Shown here piece by piece: positions 45,959 through 55,344 of a DNA stretch of 64,000 nucleotides. Both the position numbers and the translations under genes were made by a program. This DNA is from Rhizaria sp. SCN 62-66. Its lineage: Eukaryota. The notes beneath the pieces are model-generated. The model was not told the DNA's origin. It was given only the letters and a program-made list of their open reading frames with translations, and searched no databases. Within the stretch, counting starts at the first letter, position 1, and every line of letters begins with the position of its first letter. The stretch is taken from NCBI GenBank assembly GCA_001724265.1, contig MEDY01000009.1:186001-250000 (forward strand), in the 5' to 3' direction.

Positions 45959-46634
45959 TTACTTCTTGTTGCCCTTGGCAGCCTTCTTGGCAGCCTCCTT
46001 CTCGCGCTTCTCCAGCAGCCCTTTGAAGGGCATGCGCATGTCGTAGGCGTCCTCGCCGTCGGCGTAGTAGCCCTCCTCGAGCTTGGTGATCTCGTAGCCC
46101 AGCGTCTGGCTGTAGAGGTGGTAGGCAGCGATGTTGCTCTTGCGCACGTGCAGCGACACGTAGTGCGCATCGAACACCTGCTCCATCTGCGCCTGCGCGG
46201 CACGCATCAGCTTAGTCGCGATGCCGAGCTTGCGGTGGGTGCGGAGAACGGCGAGCGAGGTGATGTGGCCGTGCGGGTCCTCCTCGTCGTCGTCCTCCTC
46301 GGCCATCTTGCCCAGGACGTAGCCGACGATCTTGCCGCCGTCGTCGGCCACGTACAGCAAGTGCGGCCACGCAATGATGTGGTAGATGAAGTAGCGGAAC
46401 TGGTAGTTCTCGGGCAAACACAGCAAGTTGCAGTGCTGCATCTCGATCAGGTCCTTAATCTGTTCAGGGCCAGCAAGGAGTGGTTAAATATGCCGAGAAA
46501 GAGCGATGTAGCGGGTGAGCACGGGGAATGGGGAAAGTCGCACTTTGAAGAGGAAATACAAGGGTATAACATCCGTCAAGAGGGTGCGCAGAAATGCACT
46601 GAATACGTACTGTGGCAGGGCGAATAGAAACCAT
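45959..46634 (-). CDS. NAA10: N-alpha-acetyltransferase 10 (NatA catalytic subunit, ARD1); exons 46634-46611 and 46459-45959
   Basis: Spliced [70 protein letters not shown]. Intron 46610-46460 (GTACGT...AACAG). Ends TAA. Confidence 0.96.
46460..46610 (-). other. Spliceosomal intron (151 bp) in NAA10
   Basis: GTACGT...AACAG; removal restores the conserved N-terminus. Confidence 0.92.
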
Positions 46635-46948
46635 ATTATATGATTCTCCGATGCGGGGGCAAGGCACAAGACTTCAAACAAAAATCCGCAACATGACACT
46701 CTCGCCAAGCCAGTCCAAGTCGTAGCCGTTCTGCGACCGTCGATGAGGGAGCAATGCAAATCATATCTCAGCGAAGGCCTGCCCCACAGATTCACAGTTA
46801 TTGTATTTGTTTTGTATGTCTTTTATGCGCATTTATTTTAAAGATCTAGTCCACAAGTCGATATTTTGCTTCTTTACGCGCGCAAATCTCACCTTCGTTG
46901 AGCATCTCTGCGCTTGTATCTGCCTCCTTAGCCTGCCACATGCGCCCA

Positions 46949-47051
46949 TTACAGCCTCAACAGCGATGAGTGCAGCCGCTTGATGGCGGCCACCATGTGT
47001 GCCTGCTTATTATTGCAGAGATGCGTTGTCTTTGCCGTATCTTGTGCAGCC

Positions 47052-47122
<71 letters not shown>

Positions 47123-49192
47123 TTGTTGTTGCTGGCTGCCGCTCTGGGACGTGCCACCTGTCGTTGTCACCACCACAGACGTTGTCGCTTCCGTGAGGCC
47201 GAGCTCCTCCAGGACCGTGAGCAGCAGCCTCACGTCGCTCTTGGCCTGCGCCAGCGCTGCCCGGCCCACGGTCACCGGCTCCACGGCCGGCACCGTCACC
47301 GTGTACCGCGAGTCGCCAGGCAGCGCAGCCGCTGACAGCGAAGCCACCGGCAGTGCAGTCGCTTGCTGACTGGAGACTGTGGCTGAGGGCTGCGTTCGCG
47401 CGGGCGCTGTCTTAGCCGCAGTTGCTGTGAATCCCGGCTGCGGCGTCTCTGCAGCGCTCTGTGTCTGCGCCCACGGCTTTGCGGCAGTGACGGTCGCGTC
47501 AGGCGCGGCGCTTGGCGCGGCGCTCGCAGACCCGCTAGACTTGGGCTGGATGAGGGGAAGGAACGCCTCGGCGATCTTCTCTGCCGCCGCAGTCTTAGCC
47601 GCGTCGCTGGTGCTTGGGACACTCATACGCGAGTCTAGTGACCGCAACTTGCCAAGGACGGTCTTTTTGCCGGGGATGCGGCAGTTGGGGTAGGGCTTCG
47701 GCGGCGGAAGCGACTTCTTCGCCTTACCGCTGCAGTTGAGCGCATCGAGCCTAGTGGCTGCAGCGACTGCGGCTGCCGTTGGGGTTGCAGTAGCGGGAGA
47801 AGCGGACGCGGTCGCTGACTTCGTGGTGCCCTCAGACGTCGCACCTGCAGACTCCTTTACAGGCGCGGTCGAGGTGGACGCGGAGGCGCTCACGGTTACA
47901 CTGCGCACGATGGGAACACAAGGGCTCGCACTCTGGATCTGAATGGTCTGTGTCCCGTTGACGCCATCCCACTTGTAGCAGACAGTGTTCTCGACAGTCT
48001 TGGAACGGTACAGCTGGAGGTTGCAGCTGCTGAAGTCCACGTTCGCAAACAGCGACGCCGCTGCAGCAACGGACTTCACTCCCGTTCCCGTGGTGGACGT
48101 CAGCGGTGTCGCACCTGCAGCGACACCGGACGACCCATTTGCGCTGTGCACAGTGCTTGCTGAAGGAGCAAAGGCTGAAACTAACGGCGTGCTCACTGTA
48201 GGCTTGCTTACTGTTACTGCAGGCTTGTCGACTGTAACTGCGCTTGCTGGCACTGCAGACTTCCCTGCAACCATCGCAGTCATGCCCACAGTTATATCGA
48301 GAGGGATCACTACCTGAGCAGCTGGAGGAGGAGTCGCGGCAGGCGTTGCCTTTGTCACAACAGGCGTGCTGCTGATGCTGCCGCTTGTGCCGCTACTGTA
48401 ATTGCTCGCAACATCGGCCTGACTGGCAGATCCGTTGCGTGTTGAAGTCGCGGCCACACCGGCCGCGCTGACGGGGGCTGCCGCTGCGAGCCGGTGCTCT
48501 GCAGGCACGCAGCTAGCTAGCTTGAACGTTGTGCTATACTTGCGTTTTGCACTGCCTGTTTGCGTTGAGGAGGCTATTAGGCCCGCGACTGAGTCGGTGT
48601 TGCTTCCAGGTGTTCTCGCAACATGGTCACCTGTGATCTAGGGACAGTCCTCGTTGGCCAATGCTGTTGCCGCATGACTAGCGAGCGGGGATGCCTCTTT
48701 CAGGATGTTGCAAGCTGTGCCGATATCTACTATAGGCAGCGTACGCTGGACGGCGTTCACCGCGGCCACTGCTGGCGTCGAGGCCCTCGTCGCGAACGCA
48801 ACCTCGACGGGAGCGACTTCCTTGGTCACAACGCTCTCTAAGCTGGCAAGCCGAGTAGACCCGGTCGTGGGGAGAATCAAGAGAGGTAGGCTTAGCGGAA
48901 CAACAGTGGTTGATGCGATACAAGAGTCAGTCTTGAAGATGTTGAAGTTGCTAACCTTAGTCCGATCGATGATTGCGAAGTCGAGGTCGGACCAGTCACT
49001 GCCGGACTCGGGCAGATCGCACTCGTATTTGGCGACCGCATTGCTACACTTGCGGGCAGCCGCCGGCGAAGTAAGATCGCTGTTGTTGGAGGGAGTGAGC
49101 AGCTCGAAGTCGCAGAGCGTATCACTGGAGGCTGTGCCGGTCGGCGAAGGAGGGGACGTCCCCACTTGAAGCGTCGTCGAAGGCAACGACAT
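46949..49192 (-). CDS. Ser/Thr/Ala-rich hypothetical protein (about 747 aa) with one in-frame TAG
   Basis: ORFs 48638-49225 and 46949-48508 are in one frame, separated only by TAG 48638-48640 plus 43 sense codons. ATG 49192 lies at the edge of AT-rich sequence. Ends TAA. Confidence 0.65.
47052..47133 (-). repeat. Coding microsatellite (CAA/CAG)n(AAC)n: poly-Gln and poly-Asn
   Basis: (TTG)n(CTG)n on the + strand. Confidence 0.9.
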
Positions 49193-49534
49193 ACACGCTA
49201 TAAATAACGTGTTTAAGTAAACCAAATAAAGAGTAATATTAAGTAAATAACATTTGTTTCATATTCATTCTTATAAATGTGATCTCACGTTCAACAAAAG
49301 AAATATCATTCCGTTTCGACACACCACTGTGATGCATGCTGAAGATCGGTGCCCACAGTCACCTCCTTCAGCAACAAATTGCACCGCAGAGAATACAATT
49401 TACAAGGTGTGTATTTTAAGCAATATATAACGGTTTATAGAATAGTAATTATACATGTGATCTAAGCCACACATACCAACACAGCATCACGTATAAGTGA
49501 GCTATTCAAGGTAAGAGCGGTTGCTTCGCTCAGC

Positions 49535-50743
49535 TCAGTTCATCTTGGTGGCTGCGAGCCGCTGCTCGATCTCCGTTACCTTGTCCGCAATGCGCTGTGC
49601 CTCCGCAACCTTGGCCTGGACCGCGCGCAGCTCGTCCTCACCCGCCTTGGCCTCCTGGCCGACAGCGACGCCGCCGCGCGCCGCCGCGATCTCGGCGCCG
49701 GCCTCGGCCACGGCGGCCTCGAGCGTCGCGACCGTGGTCTCCAGCGCAGCGGCATCGCGCTCGGCCGCCTCAGCGCGCTGCTGGCACTCGGCCACGGCGG
49801 CGCGCGCAAGGCGCAGATCCTCGTCCGACTTCCACGCGTAGCCCAGCGCGTCAGCCTCGGCGGCCGCGGCGGCCGCGGCGGCGCGGTGACGGGCAGCGCG
49901 CGCCGCGGCCTCGGCCTGCGCGTGCTTCAGCGCGGGGTCGCGCGGTGACACGGCGACATAGCGCGCGGCCTCGGCCGTCTCAGCGTCAGCGGCCGCGGCG
50001 GCGGCCTCGGCGGCGGTGGCGCGCGCGCGGAGCTGCTCGCGGAGCGCGATGGTGTCGGTAAGCGCAGCGGCGTTGGCGGCGTGCTGCGGCAGCGCCAGCA
50101 GTGCCGCGCGCGCGGTGGTGAGGTGGCCGCGCAGCAGCGCGCGCAGCGTCGGCAGCAGCAGCCAGGCAAGCACGGCGGGCGAGTCGTCGGCGTGCCGGTG
50201 CGCGCAGCTGGACGCGCGCGGGCAGAAGTCGCGGCGCGACGGGCTCAGCGAGCATGGCGTCAGATCGTGCCACAGCAGCAGGCGCGGGAGGGCGGCGGCC
50301 AGCGCGGCCTGCGCGGGGGTCTTGCCGTGCGCCGCCGTCGCCGCGCTAGAGCTCGCGCTGGACGCAGAAGCAGAGCTGGCGTGCGCGCTGGAGTGGATGT
50401 GTGAGAGCAGCGAGGCGCGGAGGGTCGCGATGTCGCGGGCGTGGTCCTCGAGCTGCTTCTGCTGCAGCAGGATCAGCCGGCGTTGCTTCACCAGTTCGCG
50501 CTGCTGCTGCTCCACAAACGCGCCCAGATCGGCCTCCGACGATGACACAGGGCCGGTCGCTGTGGCGGCGGCGGCGGCGGCAGTGGGAATCACAGAAGGA
50601 GCCTGGGCGGCGGCGAGGCCGGGAGACGCGGGGGCAGAGGCGCTAGCAACGCTCGCGAAACCCCAGGACCGGGCCTCGCAGTCGTCTACAAGCTCGAACT
50701 CGGAGTCTGCGTTGTCGGGGTAGGCGCCATGAGCGCGTTGCAT
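49535..50743 (-). CDS. CCCH-type zinc finger / coiled-coil protein (about 402 aa)
   Basis: CSLSPSRRDFCPRASSCAHRH (C-x9-C-x5-C-x3-H) flanked by heptad-rich Ala/Glu/Gln segments. GC-rich island. Ends TGA. Confidence 0.7.
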   Translation of the reverse strand: MQRAHGAYPDNADSEFELVDDCEARSWGFASVASASAPASPGLAAAQAPSVIPTAAAAAATATGPVSSSEADLGAFVEQQQRELVKQRRLILLQQKQLEDHARDIATLRASLLSHIHSSAHASSASASSASSSAATAAHGKTPAQAALAAALPRLLLWHDLTPCSLSPSRRDFCPRASSCAHRHADDSPAVLAWLLLPTLRALLRGHLTTARAALLALPQHAANAAALTDTIALREQLRARATAAEAAAAAADAETAEAARYVAVSPRDPALKHAQAEAAARAARHRAAAAAAAAEADALGYAWKSDEDLRLARAAVAECQQRAEAAERDAAALETTVATLEAAVAEAGAEIAAARGGVAVGQEAKAGEDELRAVQAKVAEAQRIADKVTEIEQRLAATKMN

Positions 50744-51366
50744 CGGCTGTGAAGGGAAACAGTGAGGACGCGTCATAAGCAGTGTGACGTCAGAGGCGAT
50801 GGATACCAAGCGTGGGAGTTGAAATGTGGCGGAATATGATCGTCATTGTGAGATATAAGATGTGTGTTTGGGGCGTGGGTATGTGCCCTATATAAATTGC
50901 TCTGAAACATGCATATAACTAGTCATATCAGATGATAAAATGAAGCTTGTTCCCAAGGTCCCTGTCACGTCACCTGCAGCAAGCCAGATTAGTGGAGAAA
51001 CTGGTATTCTCATGTGTATACGACTGCACAGCGTCTTCCTTCAGAAGTAATGTAAATTGAATTATACCTAAAGGTGCACCATTTAATGTGTCGCCTATTT
51101 AACATGGGCATGGACGGAGTGTTACATGCATATTACCTGAATTCGTGTTCCCTGCCAAACCTTCAATTCGAGAGGGACAAAATTGAGTTGTGGCATGTAC
51201 ATCTTGTGTGATATTTCGAGTTAGCTTTGAAGCACAGGTTGACAGAACTCACAGCTAAAGTATGCGTTTCATTGGTATTTTTATCTATGGTCTCGGATTT
51301 ATAGAGATAACTCCTCTCTGAGGTCGGCGCAGCCTTACTGGAGCGCGCGATACCAAATCTTGACAA

Positions 51367-52092
51367 ATGCTCGGAGACCCTGACCGAGACCGCGACGTGT
51401 CGGACGAAGCGATCGATGGCCCTAGCGACATTCTGGGCAAAATCAAGGAGAAGGCGACGCGTCTTCCGCCCTTCGTAACTTATGGCGGGCTTATGGGTCT
51501 CATTGCTATCTTCTGTGTCATGACATACGTCTTCTACACCACCTTCAACAGCCTCGTCTTGTTCCTTCTTCTCATCTCGCTTCTCGTCTTCGCTGCCATC
51601 ATCTATATCAACGGCGACTGGCGCACCGCCGCGCTGGGTGCTTTCTCGTTCTATTTCATATTTGGCCTGTTCATTGCGTACCTCAACATCCGCGCCTGGC
51701 ACCGCCTCGACTCGGCACTGACGCCCGCGGCGGGCGGCGCCATCGACGAACGATGGGGCCCCACAGAGCTGGCCGCGTGGTTTGTCCTGCAGGGCATCCC
51801 GCACCTCGCCGCCAGGTTTGGTCTCTCCACGACCACGGCGCCGGGCGCACGCTTCGGTCCGCAGCCCTACTCGGGGGCCAAGCTGCTCATGCTGACCGAG
51901 CCCGAGCTGCTGCGAATGCCGCTGCTCGTGTCCGACGGCCGTGAGCGCGCTGTGATCATCGAGGGCATCCGCAAGGGCATCAAGCTGCATGAGCGCCGGC
52001 ACAAGAACGGGATCAAGGTCGACGAGTGGCTCAACGCCGCGCTGCAGGGGCCGCTGGGGCTGGGGTACGACAGGATGGCGCGGAACGGGTGA
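51367..52092 (+). CDS. Membrane protein (about 3 TM helices) with SAM-like domain
   Basis: Hydrophobic stretches at about aa 35-108, then WGPTELAAWF...YSGAKLLMLTEPELLRM...GRERAVIIEGIRK (SAM-like). Ends TGA, which overlaps a possible GTGAGA donor at 52089. Confidence 0.65.
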   Translation: MLGDPDRDRDVSDEAIDGPSDILGKIKEKATRLPPFVTYGGLMGLIAIFCVMTYVFYTTFNSLVLFLLLISLLVFAAIIYINGDWRTAALGAFSFYFIFGLFIAYLNIRAWHRLDSALTPAAGGAIDERWGPTELAAWFVLQGIPHLAARFGLSTTTAPGARFGPQPYSGAKLLMLTEPELLRMPLLVSDGRERAVIIEGIRKGIKLHERRHKNGIKVDEWLNAALQGPLGLGYDRMARNG

Positions 52093-52634
52093 GAGTGACT
52101 TGATCGAAGTCTGTCACCGCTTCTTAAGATGGTAAGTATGAGAAAAACATGGCGTCTTTGTTTGAAGTGTCGTAAGTGATCGTTTTTTTCCAGATTATTC
52201 GTGGGTCCTGCTCTACTGAACGACGTTTCAAGTCATACAAATGAGACATATTCTCATCTAAAGTAAGATCGTACTTCCAATGTGGAACCATATAAGTGAA
52301 CTTGGTTGCTGAAACTCTCTCATCATCCCTTATGAACCTTTTTCCGCTGGAAGAGATATTGCATTGCTGCTTTGTCACATCGCTGAAATGACCGTGACCT
52401 GGTGAGGCACGTTCGCCTTCAGGCATTCTCTGGATTTTGAAACCCCATATCTTAAGCCTTCATTAGGCAGCGTATTTGGCGTGTGTACAAGTCAAAACCA
52501 GATATGTACATGAATTTTTGATTTAATCCGGTGTTTTATTTCAAATAGTTTGACAAAACACTGATGCTACGGTTTTATAATACGCTGTAACTGCTCCATA
52601 TCTTAATCTCACTCAGCGTCCTCCGTAGGACGTG

Positions 52635-55139
52635 ATGAACGAGCTTCAGCTGCAGTACAAACTCTGCTCGCCTTACGTTGTCCGCTGTCTCGGTGTCATG
52701 GACACAAATGCTCTCACGGGCAAAAGCAGTGTTTCGACAGTGCTTAATGACAGTGGTGTTGGACAAAGTGACGAAAGCAACTTTTCGCTTGTGATGGACT
52801 ACATGGATGGTGGGTCACTGAACAAGCTTCTCACTCACCCTGACTACCGCACAGTGTCAAGCGAGGCGCGTGTCTGGTTAGTGCAACAGGTAGCAAACGC
52901 TGTGCATGCGCTAAGCAAGGAGAACATTGTTCACGGCGACATCAAGTCCTTCAACTTTCTTTGGGATGTTGTGGACAACAATACGCACCCAGTCGTCAAG
53001 ATCACAGACTTTGGTAACGCGAAGCTGCATGCGACGATGCAGAACATGTCTCTCTCCTCCTTCCCGCGTACGGCTCACTAACAAAAGAACACGCCCTAGT
53101 GACTGAGCATCTCCCACCAATATGTCAACTTGAGGAAGCTTAACACGTATCCCCTTGAATCATACTTCTATTCAATATTTTAATTTGCACTCGTAGATGT
53201 GCCAGACTCTGTCTCGGGCACGCTGGCATGGATGGCACCGGAGTTGCTGAGTGGACAGTCCCGTCATAACGCAAAATCGGACGTATATGCACTTGGCATG
53301 ACCTTGTACGAAATCGCCTTTGGCGTAAGGCCGTTTGAGCACTTCAGTTGCAGTGAGATCTCAGCCATGATCATCAACGGTCTGCGCCCCACCATCGATC
53401 TGAACGACTACAACGAAGAGGCGCAACCGAAGTTTTACCCTGGTACGGCACCGCCATCATCGCTGATAACACTCATCAGCGAGTGCTGGGACGCAGACCG
53501 AGACAAACGTCCCAATATTGAGGACGTCGTAAGCCGGCTACAGGCCATCCGTTGCGATGAGCGCGCTGCACGTGGCATGATGCTTAAGGTGCTTCGTCGC
53601 GATCTGAATCAGCAGTCACAACACGAACATTCACAGTCATCAACAGTATCCTCGTCTATTTCCTTTACCAGCGTTATCACAACGGACACACCCATCAATA
53701 GGCCGGCAGCGCCGCTGCAGCTTTACCAGCACAAGGACGTGAAGACTGGACCGGTACACTCGGTACAGACTGTTCCCGAACAATCGGCAGCACCCGCGCC
53801 GCCCCAGCAAAAGGTGTGGAGCCCTTTACCTGCTGGCTGTAAGCTGGACCGACGCCACATGTCGCAGCCGGTCTCTACGCATCGTGCGGATAAAGCAGAT
53901 AACCAAAAAGTGCCTGAGCGATACAGCATGGTCATGTCCCAGCCTATTGCGACGGTCAAGCCAATGCTAGCAGAGCGCGATGCGTTGGACCTGCCGCAGC
54001 GGACACCGCCCCCGTCGGACGAGGCGGATGAGCTGTTCCAAGTCGGACTCGCAATGCTGGAGACGTTACCACATGGTTCGAGCCCTCAAAGCGCGTTCGA
54101 GACCATCAGCGATGCTGCCAAGCTCGGTCATCCTGGCGCTATCTGCAAAATGGCATAGTACTACCTGCAGCCCGAATTCGGCCGCTACAGCGTTTATAAC
54201 GCTAGGAAGTGGATGAAGAGCTTGACTCTGCTTAGTGGAGAGGGCTGTTACCAGTATGGAGTATGGCTTATAGCGCGTGATATCGACTTTGATGAGGCTG
54301 AACTGTACTTACGTTGCGCAAGTTTTGCAGGGTATCGGAAAGCGGATGACACGCTTGCGGCACTGTTTACACTTCGTGTTACGCGTAGTATAATGGCGAA
54401 GCTTGGAAGTGAGCAGAACAAAGATCTAGCTAAGCGGTTGCGGCGCGGACTGATGCGCCGATGTCCGGTCGCATACTACATGTTAGCCCGTGCAGAGTTC
54501 GATGGTCTTATTGACATTAAACAAAATCGGAGCTCAGGTTTTGAGATTCTACTGGGCGCTGGAGAACCATTGGATGGCGATGAGTTTTACGGGCCTGCGG
54601 CAGCGTTCTACGCCCACTTCAAGAACTCAATGCCACATTGGAAGGCTGCTGCAGAAGCAGGAGATAAGCATTCACAATTCATGCTCGGCAACCTTCTCAT
54701 CGAAAATGGCGATTACGCAACCGGACTGCTGTGGCTCCGTGAAGCGGCCACGCGTGAGTACGATGCTGCGTTGGTTCGGCTGGCAGAGATTAGCTGCGAA
54801 GGCCTCTATGGGCAACCCCAAAGCAAGGGCGTCTCCATTCTCTACGTAAAACGCGCGTACGCAACTGGTGGTCCTGATGGAGAAGCGGAATTTGCAATGT
54901 ACTCCGTGCTCGGTACAGGTGTGAAGAAAGATCAACAGTACGGCGCGCGCAAGCTACATGAGATTGCCTCAGACTCAAAAAATAGCAGGGCAATGTACAA
55001 CTTGGCTGTGTGCCATTTAAATGGATGGGGTGTCAGGCGCGATGTTAGTGCCGCCAAGTTTTGGTTGACTCGGATTCGAGACTATCCGAAGGCGTCACGT
55101 CTTTTATGCGACCTATGTTGCTCTAAAACTACCACATGA
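52635..55139 (+). CDS. TKL-type protein kinase fused to Sel1-like repeats; intron 53068-53196; in-frame TAG 54156-54158; 5' end unresolved
   Basis: LVMDYMDGGSL, HGDIKSFN, KITDFG, GTLAWMAPE, KSDVYALGM, CW...KRP. Phase-1 intron GTACGG...CGTAG restores the frame. Sel1-like repeats AAKLGHPGA, AAEAGDKHSQFMLG, AMYNLAVCHLNGWGVRRD. Ends TGA. Confidence 0.8.
53068..53196 (+). other. Spliceosomal intron (129 bp) in the kinase gene
   Basis: GTACGG...CGTAG, phase 1, joins the DFG exon to the APE exon. Confidence 0.88.
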
Positions 55140-55344
55140 GGCGAGAATTAGTTCGGGGAAGACTTGATGGTTATGCAAGATTGTTGAGTTGAGGTATGGA
55201 CAAGGAACTGTATTGAGTGTACATACGAAATATACGAAGAAACACTCCTACACTTAAGATAAATCACATGTATATAAGCAAGGTATACGTATAGCAGAGA
55301 AAATAAACTCAATTTTAAACGACCAGATCATGGCATAATTCGGA

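Noticed and set aside
52124-52426. 100-aa minus-strand ORF and an ATG-GTAAGT micro-exon candidate at 52129
   Set aside because: The ORF has no motif, and splicing the micro-exon to the acceptor at 52193 meets TGA after 16 codons.
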